A stretch of 64,000 nt of DNA from Tubulanus polymorphus (lineage: Eukaryota > Animalia > Nemertea). The translations under genes and the position numbers were made by a program. Below are positions 50,801 to 63,066 of the stretch, in pieces; within the stretch, counting starts at the first letter, position 1; every line of letters begins with the position of its first letter. The stretch is from positions 13,896,655-13,960,654 of the forward strand of contig NC_134033.1 of NCBI RefSeq assembly GCF_964204645.1. Reading direction: 5' to 3'. The notes beneath the pieces were generated by a model. It ran no database searches, had not been told where the DNA came from, and was given only the letters and a program-made list of their open reading frames with translations.

Positions 50801-53800
50801 TGGTCTAATTCTAGAATTCCGATGGAGTCGGGTCGGGTATCTCTCCCAACTCGGGACTTCAGTCCCAGTGGGCTATTGCGTTTGAAGTTTTCGAAAGGAT
50901 GAATATTTGATAGATGATTTTAACCTTCGCAGGGTGGCAAGTTTCAATTATGGAACCCTGGAGAACCGAACAACTGGGGTGGCAAAGAGGACTGTACTTA
51001 CTTCACCATGAATAAACACAGAGGCTGGAATGATATACATTGCAATCGGCGATTCCATTCCATCTGCAAGAAAGCTAGAGGTAATTCCTTCATTATACTG
51101 TCATCTGAACAGGTCCTAAATCAACCGAGTGGATAATCATAAATTCGAACGAAAACGAACGCGCTTTTCGGAAACTCTTGCTTTTCGCAAACGACCTCCC
51201 CATAAATCTAGCTCAGTTCATTGATAATTCACGAGATTCTTCTCGCTTCAGTGGATAATAAGGGATGCCCTCGTCATTGGAAAAAGAGAGGCCGTTTTTG
51301 CTACCTATTTGTTCATCAAGCTCGCACATGGGTGCAATCCCATCAACACTGCAAAAAGTATCTATCGTACCTGGTTTCTGTAGACGACATCAAGGAACAT
51401 CGATATCTTGGAAGTAAGTGTCCGCCCAGCACCGAGATGTTCTCTTGTTGCTTAATGCAATCTGTTACAGTCGAATAAGTTCATTTTGATTCTTATATTT
51501 CAGAGTTGATAAAAACCAACACTTGGATTGGATATAACGACCGACTAGCAGAAGGGTTGTTCTCTTGGGCCGTTAGTAGTTTCATTCACATCTGAACTAA
51601 TTAGAAATAACTGGAAATCACTGTCAGTCTCAGACGTGTGTTTTTTGTTTCAAGGGTTTCGATGATGTGGATATCTGGTGGTTGCGAGGTGGATACCCGA
51701 AAGCGGACGCGAGTTTACGATGCGTCGGAACGTACAAAGGCCGTTGGGTTAACTACGAATGTGAACGAACGAAGAAACCAAAAATTTGCGAAAAATGGGC
51801 AGGTACGAGTTTGTAAGGGGATATGCCTTGGTAACGTGGACAGATACGATTATTCATTATATCAGTATTAATCCCTCAAAAAACTTAGTTTTGATGGCCA
51901 ATTTTCTTTTTCTCTAAAAATTACGATGTAGGTTTGCGAGTTTACAAAAATGCTAGACCCATGTTCAAAAAGAAGAAACGATCTAAGGGTAAACCGGATA
52001 AGCCGGATAAAAAGCCACCAGGTACGTCATGAAACAGCGTTCTAATCTGTATCTAATCGCATAACCGAAAAGTAGCAAAAACGAAATGATTGGAGATGAA
52101 ATAAGCGAGTTTGAAAAAGAAGCACAACTGCCAAATCTATCCGGCTATTTCATCCCCGGTTTTGTTGATTTAGAACTATGTCAGTATATGATTTACTTTG
52201 ATAGTATTCAATCTAATATTATATTACTAATAATGATAATAATATGATAATGTATTCAATATGGCTGTAAATCATATTCATTTTTTTCTCTATTAAAATT
52301 CTCAAATCTCTTGATTGCACCAGTTGAATACACTGAAAGGGTGTCAAATTCTTTCATCCACCTGCCCCGACCCACCATATCCTCCCATTCAAATTGTACG
52401 TTTTCTGTTTGTAAACATCGTATTGATTTTTCATTTATCACTTTTCACAAATCTCGATAACGTCGTCTTGATTTTGAATTTATTAAATCTTGCAAATTGC
52501 TTTAGTTTCGCTTTATGCCGGAATAATCCATTCATTTTCAGCCATTTTTGCACTAATTCCTCCCACCTGCATTTTCAGCCATTTTTGCACTAATTCCTCC
52601 CACCTGAAATGAACTTATGATGATTTTGCATTTTGTTATTCAAAAAAGTTGCAACTGAATTTTGAACGGGACCCTTTCAGTGTATTTCTACGTACGTGTG
52701 TATATCACGCGAATTTTCAAAACAAAAAACATTAACCCCTTAGCTTCCATTTGGATGAATACAACAAAATATGATTGAAATGCACTGAAGGGGTTAATGG
52801 ATTTTCTTTATGTAAACGGTATTTTGGTCAAAAAATCAGAAAAATGCCTTTTCTCGATGCATATTTTTCATCTTTGCTCAATTTGAATTTCGCTCACGAA
52901 TTAATGTCCGTTTTGTTTGGTTTCGTTTTTCTCCTAACGTTCTGATTGCAGTGGATAGATGCAAAAAGGGATGGACCAAATACGGTAATCGTTGTTACTT
53001 GTTTAAGAAGTCGAGTCAAATGACGTGGAACGGCGCGCGACGATTCTGCGACAAATCGTCTGCCCACCTACCATACATCCGGTCCGCGTCTGAAAACGAT
53101 TTCGTTCGAGGTTCGTATCGTCGCTTTCATCGTCATCATCATTATCATCACGGCTTAGATAGACCGATTAGTATGTCCGTATAGCCCGACTGTTTTTCTT
53201 CATAACATTATATTTATAATTATGTCCATTAATGTAATCATGTCGCTCTGAGGATCCGCTAGGGCCTCTAGTCACGATAAAAACGCGGGAACTGAGGTTC
53301 GAATTCAAACGCAACTTCAGCGATCGATGATCCACTTTGGGTGACCGAGTAACTACTAGCGAACCCGGTGGATCCTCACCTGCCATAAGTAAAATCCTCG
53401 ATTGCCACAGGAGGTAGGTTTCTAATTGCGTTGTTCTATTTGCAGCTCGAATGCGAACGGCTGGACGTAAAATCCATCTGGGATTGACGTCTTGGGCCGT
53501 CCGTCACGTGAAAACGTCGAAAAAGAAACGTCATATGTTTTACTGGCAGGTGCGCATTCATATTCCAAACAGTAAACCTCGCCCGACTAACATGGCCAAC
53601 TCGAATCTTTTGACTCAACTAAACTAAAACTAAACTCTTTTCGGACTCCTTAACCAATTTTGGAGCCTGTCATGTCCCAGTTTGTCAGGCGAGGTTTTTG
53701 GAGTTTGTCTACTGGGATTCGGTATTTAATATAAACTTTATAGAAAATATCAATCAACTCAATGAAATATGATAAGTAGATCTGAAGAAGATGGATATGA

Positions 53801-56800
53801 TTTCTCATTCAGGGAGCCACATTTTGGAAGTTTAGTTCTCGGAATCAGTATTTGCCCGTATATAACACCGGTTACGACTGTGGAATGTTGACGTATTATC
53901 GCGGAAGGCGACTTTTTGCCAATTCGAAGTGTTCGAAAAGAAACAGATTCATATGTGAGAAAACTAGTAAAAGTAAGTAGAATGAACTGTTGTATTAGTG
54001 TGATTCTCACCATTGTTGTTCTATGTGTGTTTCTCTTCCACCGGTGTTATTTCCACTCGTAATTCTTTCCATTAGAAAACCGTGTTATGTTAGAATCCGT
54101 GTTATCTATATGTCCATATTCCTTTATTTCTCCTAATCCGGTATTTACATTTGCAGTCTTTTTTCAAAGATTACGTTCGCCCAATTTTTTCTCTAAATCA
54201 ATTCTAATTACAACATTCACGTAATCAACTCAAACTTATCAACTTCATCTGCATTTTAGCAAACCCTCCACACCTTTTTATCTTCTTACTTCCACCGAAC
54301 CATGTATGGTTTGTTCATGCACCTACAGGCGTCACAATCTTCTAAATATAACTTTTGCCAGAGTTTACTGCCACGCCATATCTAGGTTTCCCTTCGTGCA
54401 CTCGCACGTTAGACGTCTATATACATAACTTCTTTCTATAGTTTAAGTGTGATGTAAGCATCCACTAGTAATTAGAGTAAATACGTTCCGCCACACTAAA
54501 AGAAACCTTGACCTAAGGCTAAAACTGATACCTCGATTCGGCAATGAAATTTGTAATCAGTTCATAACTGCCGGATCTGGTATCATAAGCTTGATGACAA
54601 TTTCTAAAAACATTGATGCACACGATATAGACAGTGGGCCGGCTCTACGTTTTCATATTATACACCAAAGATGAAGGAATGTTAAATGAAGAACAAATTG
54701 CTTATACAAATGAAAACAGCCCTCAGAGAAGAGATAGATTTTACTTTGTTCTATCGGTCGTGATTTATTTGGTGAGTATCTTCCTTTTTTAGAATGTTCA
54801 GGTATTTGGAAAAATAAGGGTAGGGGCAGACGGACGTCCAGAAGGCGTTCTAGTAGAAGGACTGCTGGCCAGTGTTACCATTTTTCGACGGTCAGTTTGA
54901 ACTGGTATCAAGCCAGACAGTGGTGTATTAGTAAAGGCGGCTACCTGGCTAGCATCGAAACGCAAAGTGAATTTGACTACATAAGCGGTAAGTCAATTCG
55001 GCACCAAAACCAAGAATTCATCATCATAATGGAAGAAGTTGTCTCGATTTTGAGCAAATGCAATCTTACGCCAAAATTACTTTCTTTCCTGTTCAAGAAG
55101 TTTTTTTAATGAAATTTGATATCCTTTTCAATTCAATATCGTAGGAAGAGCTTTCAAGACACAGGCTTGGATGAGTTTAAACGATGTTGGTCAATTAGGT
55201 TTTTTCCGCTGGGAGGTGAGTCAACAACGGTTTGAAAAAATCTATGGTAGCAATGATTAACAAAAAATTAATTCATTTTGGTATTCATGACTTGTTTTGG
55301 AAAATATTAATCAAAATGATCAATAATAAGATTTGTCATTGTTTCCGTTCAGAAAGGAGCTACGTTTGTGAATTTTGCACGAGGAGAACCGAATAACGTC
55401 GGTAATGAAGATTGTATTATGGTTTACAAGCGTAACGGCCTGTGGAACGACGCGCGGTGCAGGTCGAACATGAAATACGGGTGTCAAAAACCGGCTACTG
55501 GTAAGTTGGTTTTTACACACACGTCTCCTCACGTGAGCCATTCAATTAAATGATCGGACCATTCAATGAAATGATCTCAGTGAGAGACTCATGATTCGTC
55601 AAATGATCATCCCAACCCGCACCTACATGAAGAGATGTTCGGTGAATTCTATTCTATCTATCTTTTGATATTTCGATTACAATTATAGGTAGGAGGTGCC
55701 CACGACGTTGGCGATATTTCAAGGGAAATTGTTACTATTTCCCGAGGAAGGCCGCGTCGTGGATTCGCGGTAAAGTCTCGTGCGGAACTATGCGCGCTAC
55801 GATGCTGATTGTACCCGACCGCACGACAAACAACTGGCTACGTAGTGAGTATATACTTCATCCTGTTTCCGGTCACACTATAACCGCATTCTAGACTTTT
55901 TTGATCATTTTGCAGAATTCTTCGGCGGAAATTATTGGATAGGACTGAACGATATTCGTTACGAAGGAAGTTTTCGCTGGCAAGTGAGTGTGGTCTCTTG
56001 ATATGTTCCAAATTACATATCGATTCGGTGTGTATATATATATATATAGTGTTATGATTTCTCATTATTTCCAGGGTGGTGATTTCATGTATACAAATTG
56101 GCACAGCGGTGAACCGAAGACGAAAAAACTTCAGCATGGTTGTACCATTATGATGTCGGATGGTAGTTGGCATCTGAAAGAGTGCAGCTCAACGGCAGGT
56201 GTCGTCTGTCAGATACAGGTACATTTACAGGGTAGTTAGACAATTACCGTCGCCAATTTTTCCTCTCATCTTAAATACCCAATTCATTAGCTGTATTTGG
56301 TTAATTTGGTAGGTTTGTGGCGGGATGGAGTGCATAAAGGAGATAAAAATCGGGAGGGAGAGAAGAGAGAGGCTGGGAGAGGGGATAATGGGACGTAGTA
56401 GGAGAGGGCGAAAAGCGAGATAGGGACAGGAGAGAGGGACAATCAGAATGGAAAGAAGGGAAATGGGCTGAGAGAGGGGAGTTTTTATAGTGAATGATTG
56501 CTGTAATACAACTACATGAATATCCACCAGGTGAATCCGGCGAAGCGCACGACTAAAAAACGAAAACCCGCAAAGAAGAAACGAAAGCGTAAACCGTTCA
56601 TTCCACCGAAACCGACTCTACGAACGACGCGTCGTCCTAGCACGAGAGCGCCGGTTACTACAGTTACTCCTCGCAAAATGAAAAAGTTCACGTTCGGTAA
56701 CACCGGTATGCAAGCTTGTATTCGATCGGATCATTTAACGGTTACTCAGACGAAAAATTCTCTTAACGATAATCTTCGATTATTTACTTACTCTTCGTAC

Positions 56801-56939
56801 GAAGTTAAGAACAGCGAAAATATAAGAAACATCCTGTGGTGCTCACGAGGTCACGGGAATGTTTCTAATATTGATAAGTTTATGTTTGTTTTTAGCCACT
56901 GTTCCCGTAACTAATCCACTTGATATATATGAGTTGTGA
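38816..56939 (+). CDS. Secreted multidomain lectin, ~1909 aa: signal peptide + 3 C-type lectin domains + 6 WSC domains + 6 C-type lectin domains + basic/Thr-rich tail. Exons: SP 38816-38891; CTL1 39262-39414,40294-40373,41241-41370; CTL2 41522-41686,41794-41873,41985-42123; CTL3 42225-42383,42545-42612,42695-42845; linker 43943-43984; WSC array 44216-48320; linker 48525-48557; CTL4 48641-48787,49679-49767,49865-50006; CTL5 50178-50342,50727-50791,50933-51080; CTL6 51252-51413,51504-51571,51655-51802; linker 51932-52021; CTL7 52952-53110,53446-53549,53813-53972; CTL8 54793-54987,55145-55215,55353-55500; CTL9 55689-55844,55916-55983,56075-56218; tail 56531-56705,56896-56939
   Basis: All exons are GT-AG bounded with compatible phases and sum to 5730 nt. 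N-terminus [25 protein letters not shown]; CTLD motifs (C.xGW...CY, WIGLND, EPN, WND, F/IC); WSC motifs (GCF.D...RDL, MT...C...C, YAGVQY...CFCG, C.M.C.GD...CGG). Last exon is the least certain; no transmembrane segment seen. Confidence 0.85.
40861..40970. repeat. Head-to-head pair of the SINE-like B-box motif forming a hairpin (intron of lectin gene)
   Basis: CATCCTCTCCCGGCAGGGATTCGAACCTGATGGCGTCG vs CGATGTCATCAGGTTCGAATCCCTGCCGAGGGAGGATG. Confidence 0.8.
41890..41933. repeat. (CGTT)n microsatellite in an intron
   Basis: Directly visible. Confidence 0.95.
43128..43656. repeat. 52-54-bp minisatellite, ~10 copies, intronic
   Basis: TGTCTCTAG(G/A)GCAGGGGTTT(C/T)GATGTTGTCAGGTCCCTGCACAG(AG)AGCTGATG repeated head to tail. 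Confidence 0.95.
44216..48320 (+). repeat. Six tandem WSC-domain gene modules (~0.7 kb each). Exons: 44216-44344/44461-44622; 44914-45036/45139-45300; 45700-45822/45934-46095; 46403-46525/46640-46801; 47093-47215/47318-47479; 47785-47907/48159-48320; microexons 44801-44818, 45497-45514, 46292-46309, 46980-46997, 47676-47693
   Basis: Exons and introns are near-identical within two subtypes (A-B-B-A-B-A). Confidence 0.92.
47919..48037 (+). mobile_element. 5'-truncated poly(A) retroposed insertion with 18-bp target-site duplication
   Basis: AATAAA at 47981, A-run 48015-48042, flanked by AAAAACGGTGAGTATACC (47901-47918) and AAAAACGATGAGTATACC (48038-48055); absent in the paralogous introns of WSC1 and WSC4. 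Confidence 0.88.
52329..52684. mobile_element. MITE-like element with TA flanks, plus adjacent tiny TTAA-flanked element (52732-52797)
   Basis: TA-CACTGAAAGGGT ... ACCCTTTCAGTG-TA; internal 37-bp direct duplication; neighbour TTAA-CCCCTT ... AAGGGG-TTAA. Confidence 0.5.
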
Positions 56940-58176
56940 AGTACATTTCCTGTTTCGTTTTATCAAATATTTCACTACAAAACCTGATTCTTTTCAGTGT
57001 CAAGTCGGATGAAATTTGATTATATTTATTTTTTGCTTTTTCTAGTGGCGCGAATCTTTATTCATAGCTTTTTTTATTTATTTCGTTTCTGTTCTAGCTT
57101 GTTTGATACTGTCTTGATTTTGTCGAAAAACTATTAATGAATTCGATCATTTCACAAAGAACTTTGATGAAACGCTCAGTCCGCGTTGTAGCGAGAATAT
57201 AGAGAATCCCGCACTCAGAGTCCGATAACTTTTCCTTTTAATAGTTATCATTTTCGACGTTTTGACTTTATGTCCAATAGCAATCTTCAGGTAGGTTGGT
57301 TCCCATGGAAAAGCGACTGATATTGCTGAAGTAAAAATCTACGATATGATAGAAAAACGAAATGAGAATTTGACGTTTTGACCCAATTCTATGGGCCATT
57401 TCCAAAAACTCAAAACACTTCAAAAGCAGTTTTTGGAAATGGCCAATAGAATTGGGTCGATACTTCAAATTCTCATTTAGTATTTTTTTAAATCTTAATG
57501 TAGGTTTTTACTTCATCTTCAGAAATACCGAGGAAATCTTTTCGGGCTCGATTTGATTTGCTTTCCTGAGTGTAGGATTTTCTACGTTACCATTTCACCC
57601 CCTTTCATCGCTGAAATCGTCTTTTCAGAACCGTGTTTCGTTGATAGAACGACAGTTCAATGTAGCCGTCGGATAATATCGTCCCTCGAACCGATGGTAA
57701 TATGGAATGCCTTATTCTTTGTATGTAAGTGGCACCAGCCCGCTCTGACAGCAATTCAAAATGCGATTATTATCTCACGAAAGAATAAATCGATCATTTT
57801 CTTGAATTCCTTTTGTGATGGGGCCGACCTATTGTAAAATAACGAGAGGGCGGTTTTGTCTAGCGCAATGCAAAAATACTTCGGCTTGTCACTGTCCAAA
57901 GCCAATATTCCAAACAATTTAATTTTAGGCAATTCTTTTTTTTTATTCCAAAGTCAATTTCAGTTTGTTTAGAAGTAGCGATGTATGGGATCGCCTGTGA
58001 CGCGGCAACAACAGGAACAGAAACGAAGATTTAGTGGTCATCATTTGTTTGGCCTGACGTGAGGCTTCATCTTTTCGGTGCAGATTTAACTGCCGTTACT
58101 CGTTTGGCCTGACTCAGACACACGCACTTCTGACGTGTGTGTGGGAAGTGTGTTTGTCTCCCGGACGAAGAAAACT

Positions 58177-58289
58177 TATAAATTAGAAGCGACACCTGTT
58201 CCGAAAAAAACCATCTAGAGACTCGTGTGGGATAGGCGACGGATTCTCACTGCGATAGAAGTCAACAGAGCGCGTTATCCAATATCAAG
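58177..58289 (+). promoter_or_regulatory. TATA box and probable non-coding first exon of the GYP-repeat protein gene
   Basis: TATAAA at 58177, donor AAG|GTAAGT at 58290, next acceptor at 58984 just 4 nt before the ATG; TGACGTG motifs upstream. Confidence 0.5.
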
Positions 58290-58988
58290 GTAAGTTAAGC
58301 GTCGGAATTGCCGTAAGAACGTTCAAATTTCGGTTACAACGAAATTCCAATTATTTCAAGACGATTAGTGCAGGGATTTTTTGGATTGAGGTTAAACAGA
58401 CCGACCATCAATTTAATTGTATCAATCTACACTGTCTAGACTCCCCTCTTCAGACGTTCAACAGCTTACATCATCTTGATATCAGATGATCATCTAGACT
58501 TTACGCGTGTTCAGTATTTCACCTTTTTAATCATTTTGAATTGAAAATGAACTGCAAACACCAAATAATATATATTTTATCAGCATACTTTCAAAATTTT
58601 ATCGTTCATATGTATATGTTCAGGACTTCACCCGAGACATTTTTAAATGAAAATGAACTCCAAACACCGGACATTAGACATTTCATCAGCACATTTTCAA
58701 AAACTGATCGTTCAAAAATGTGTTCAAGACTTAACCCTGACGATATTTTTGAATTAAAAAGTGAACTACAAAGTACAAACACCTGTACAATTTACCAGCA
58801 CACTAACAAAAAAATAGAAATACACTACACCACGATACGGGTTCATAATATGACTTGATGGGGTACAGACTACAAATTGACCCAACGCTCATCGTAAATT
58901 TTCAAACGAGCGATACAAATATGACCTCCTTATTACGAAATCAAAACTATTGAATCTAATCCATTTATATTTGTCTTTTTGTAGCGAT

Positions 58989-60251
58989 ATGAAGGTATCG
59001 TTTGCTGTAGCGTTTCTCACTGTGATGCTAGGCGTCTCTAACGCCTTTTCATTCATGCCTAGTAAGTTTCCTTTCGTAAGATTTTCTGCCTGAACAAATT
59101 AACTCAGTCCTCCCTAGAATGTGTAACGTGCTTTTCTTTAAAATCAATTAGGTTTTGGCGTCGGAGGCGGTGGGCTCCATGGCCTGTTGGGAGGCATATT
59201 TACAAAACTCGACAAAAAAGGTGGCAAAGGTGGCATGCCTAAATTCAGCGAGGCGGCAAAAGATAATCCATCACTGCAGCCGTTTTTTGGAGCTGAAAAA
59301 AAGAAAGACGGCCAACAAGGGCAAGCGACAAATGGGCAACAACAGGGCCAACAACAGGGCCAACAACAGGGCCAACAAGCACAACCAGGACAACCTGGAC
59401 AACAGAACCAACCTAACCAGCAAGCACAAGTCAATGGCCAGCCACAACAAGGCGTTCCCCAACCACAAGGGGCTCCAGCACCAGGTGGCCAAATGGGGGG
59501 AGCTAAAGCACCTGCTGGCCGAGGATATCCCCCACCTCAAATGGCTGGAGTTCCTCCAGGCCGAGGCTATCCCCCACCTCAAATGGCTGGAGCTCCTCCA
59601 GGCCGAGGCTATCCCCCACCTCAAATGGGTGCAGCCCAAGCACCTCCCGGCCAAGGTTATCCCCCACCTCAAATGGCTGGAGCTCCTCCAGGCCGAGGCT
59701 ATCCCCCACCTCAAATGGCTGGAGCTCCTCCAGGCCGAGGCTATCCCCCACCTCAAATGGCTGGAACTCCTCCAGGCCGAGGCTATCCCCCACCTCAAAT
59801 GGCTGGAGCTCCTCCAGGCCGAGGCTATCCCCCACCTCAAATGGCTGGAGCTCCTCCAGGCCGAGGCTATCCCCCACCTCAAATGGCTGGAGCTCCTCCA
59901 GGTCGAGGTTATCCCCCACCTCAAATGGCTGGAGCTCCTCCAGGTCGAGGCTATCCCCCACCTCAAATGGCTGGAGCTCCTCCAGGCCGAGGCTATCCCC
60001 CACCTCAAATGGGTCATGGATACCCTCCGGCCCAGGGATACCCTCCTCAAACCCAGGGATACCCTCCTCAAGCCCAAGGATACCCCATTCAGGCTCAAGG
60101 ATACCCTCCCGCTCAGGGCTACCCACATCAAGCTCAGGGATACCCTCCTCAAGCCCAAGGATACCCTCCTCAAGCTCAAGGATACCCTCCTCAAGCCCAA
60201 GGATACCCTCATCAAGCCCAAGGATACCCTCCTCAAGCTCAAATGGGCTAA
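58989..60251 (+). CDS. Secreted Gly/Pro/Gln/Tyr-rich repetitive protein (~390 aa); exons 58989-59061, 59152-60251
   Basis: Signal peptide MKVSFAVAFLTVMLGVSNA spliced (phase 1) into the 59187-60251 frame: Gln-rich block, 12 x GYPPPQM-type repeats (mostly 14-aa AGAPPGRGYPPPQM), 11 x (Q)GYP-type hexa/heptads. Confidence 0.88.
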
Positions 60252-60851
60252 GGTTATCCGCTAGCTCAAAGGAACAGCCATCCAAGATATCAAGCAGGAA
60301 GATAGATAATTAATATTGAATTGAATGAAACGTTTAAAACGTCGTATTCGGTATCACACGATTGGGCTACTCTGTAAAAATATCGATGAATAAGAATATT
60401 TTAACGAATTTAATGTATTAGCTGTTTTTGTTTTTTGCGTATCTCTGAGAGACTAAGGTTCATGCCATGATTCAACACGATTAAAATGTTAAGACCGCAG
60501 TAAAGCCATTGGAACTTATCAGTTTACTAGACCCTGGGGCCGGTTTCGTCCTAGTCAAGACTTAAATCCAAAAATGTTCTTAAATCTAAGACTGGTCTCA
60601 ATTTGTAACATTGGCTTTAGAACTATGATGGTCTTATACTGGTACTAAGTCTAAGCCGTGACTGTGGAACCGCCCCAGAAGTCTCGATGTTCTTCCAGTC
60701 AAATAATTCCTTGAAGACGTCCTAGCAACAAGCGTTTCCTAGATACTATTCCTACGTAGCAACACACTTCAAAATAAGCAAGATAGACAACGAAAGATGA
60801 ATTAGGAGAGTTTTGTGTTATCATCACCTGAGCAGGAAGTGACTGTAAACC

Positions 60852-61874
60852 ATGTCATTCGGACTTGTGCCGTCGGCTACCTTTATAAAGGACTCTATTT
60901 CACCACGACAGGATCTTCACGCTCAGTTGACCGGCTCCGGAGGAGGACACGCCATAGCGAACTTTATCGTTCAAGGTTACGTTGAAGGTAAGGAACGAGA
61001 TTTTAAAGAGACTGAGAGCGGTAACCACACCGATGAAGCCGCATCAACTCAGCAGCGCAATACATTCCCATCGTTTCTCGTTCCGTTCAAATCGATTTTC
61101 GAAGCCCCGGGCGTTATGAATGCCTGGACTAAAAATCGTCGTAACTCAACCGTCGGTCACAATCGCCGAGAGGTGCTGCTAGTGAAACGAGGACGGCGCT
61201 GCGAGGCTCGCATGGCTACCGGCGAGGGCATCAAACGACAATCGGCGAATTTCTATCGCGATCTGACGACGTGGAATACCGATGCCGGGTTCGCGGCGGA
61301 GTGCTATGCTACCGGTGGTCACGCGAAGCAGCAGGTTCCACGCTCCATCATCCGACGAGGCCGTTTGCCGAAGACGGAGTTCATCAACACCCCAGCCAAT
61401 CCTCAGCTAGAAACGAATAATCACGACGCAGAAAACGATTCATCGGTTAGGAATAACGGTGAAACAAACAACGAAGAACTTCCGCCATATTTAGCGGATG
61501 AACATAACAATGAGGCATGCGAGGAAAACGATGAAACCGTTTACGCGGCGGATGGTTTACCGGCTTATCTAGACGACCCAGCTACCGATGCTAGAATGAT
61601 TCGACGCTTGGACGTTAGGGATAGGCCTAAAGATAATGGAAAGGATAGGCCTAACGCTCGCAGTAGGCCTACAGAAAAAGTTGGGAATATTTCTATAGAG
61701 AACGGAAGGGATAGGCCTACAGAGAACGGTTGGAGTACTGCGGAAAACGTTAGGAGCGCTAATGTCACAGTAACGCGAATACAGGTATTGCCAGCAGGGA
61801 AAGATAGGCAGCTGAGGCAGGTGGATATTGTACACGGCTGGCCGGACGACATTAACCCTGCCTCAAAAAGTTAA
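60852..61874 (+). CDS. Uncharacterised 340-aa single-exon protein
   Basis: Long, non-repetitive ORF in AT-rich DNA, start context AAACCATG; no family recognised. Confidence 0.55.
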   Translation: MSFGLVPSATFIKDSISPRQDLHAQLTGSGGGHAIANFIVQGYVEGKERDFKETESGNHTDEAASTQQRNTFPSFLVPFKSIFEAPGVMNAWTKNRRNSTVGHNRREVLLVKRGRRCEARMATGEGIKRQSANFYRDLTTWNTDAGFAAECYATGGHAKQQVPRSIIRRGRLPKTEFINTPANPQLETNNHDAENDSSVRNNGETNNEELPPYLADEHNNEACEENDETVYAADGLPAYLDDPATDARMIRRLDVRDRPKDNGKDRPNARSRPTEKVGNISIENGRDRPTENGWSTAENVRSANVTVTRIQVLPAGKDRQLRQVDIVHGWPDDINPASKS

Positions 61875-62971
61875 AGATTTCAATGACTTTTTATCGCGGG
61901 GACGGGGGTTGGTGCAGCGAAAGTTTCCATTCTATCCGAAAGGGTTGTTTCAAAATTCTAAATAGACATCTAACCAAACACAACCTGATCATTGAATACA
62001 ACAGAATAAATAGCTACGCTTTGAATACAATACTAATATCAAAATCGTCATTTTTAAATATTTGACGGCATGTGGTCGGCGGCGAGCTAGGCTTATATCA
62101 CAGGTGGTGCTGTTCCCATTGCTATCACCTGTTTCTGACTGTTGATTACTCATCTGTCGAAGACACTCCCGGCGTTGTTTTTTTTTCAAAGACGTTTTTA
62201 CCAATTTATCTCCGTTCTAGAACAAAAACCCACGCACAAGATAACGTAGTCTCTTGATCAGCGCGGAATGACGCAGTATCGATTGGATTTGACCCGATTG
62301 TTCATAGAAGTGGGTCAGATTCTACCAATAAAAGGGGATCAAATCCAATTCTCTGGGTATCTTTTTAGGGTTTCCTTGTAGCTGTCCCTGTCGCATTGTA
62401 GTTTAAGCATCGTTATAAAAGCGGGCGTATTAAGATTTCATTTTTCACAGTGGCTTTCGGTCCTGTCTGACTACGTACGGTCCGTCAGATGTCCGAGATG
62501 TTCCGCTTGCTTGGCCAGGGGTTCCAGCTATCGTTAGACGTTCATATGAAACAGCGCACGGTATTAATATTAAAAACGAACATAAACCCGTACGAGATGT
62601 TGCACAGCTTGCTATCGTTTGTCGGTTAACAACACGTTAAAATCGAGTGTTCGGTATCATGACCTCTACTCACATCAGATGATACATTCGTCATCGCACG
62701 TGACGTCATCACTTCAATTCAAAATAGACAAATAACGAATGATTTAATAATACATTATTGATAGCATTTTTGCACGTAATTTACGAAAAGGGGTGCGTTC
62801 GGGCGTGAGTTGTGTACTGTATAACAAGGACTGTACAAGGAACATGGAACAAGATTCCAACGGTGACAGGATGAAGAGGCGTGCGCTCGAAGCCGCTGGA
62901 GGTGATTAACCAATCGTCACAACGTACATTGTCTTCGATGTCATAAAACAAAACACCTGGTTTTTATGATT

Positions 62972-63066
62972 TATATAAAGTTTTTGCCCAACCTGCTCGT
63001 GACACTAGAAACGAGTATTCGCTAGCGTGCACAAGTCGGATTTGGTCAATTCTACACGATTACTCG
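62972..63066 (+). promoter_or_regulatory. TATA box and probable non-coding first exon of the Gly-rich protein gene
   Basis: TATATAAA at 62972, donor G|GTAAGT at 63067, acceptor just before ATG 63569. Confidence 0.45.

Noticed and set aside
59155-60285. Alternative-frame and antisense long ORFs over the GYP gene
   Set aside because: Shadows of the 42-nt and 21-nt coding repeats; only the GYP frame splices to a signal peptide.
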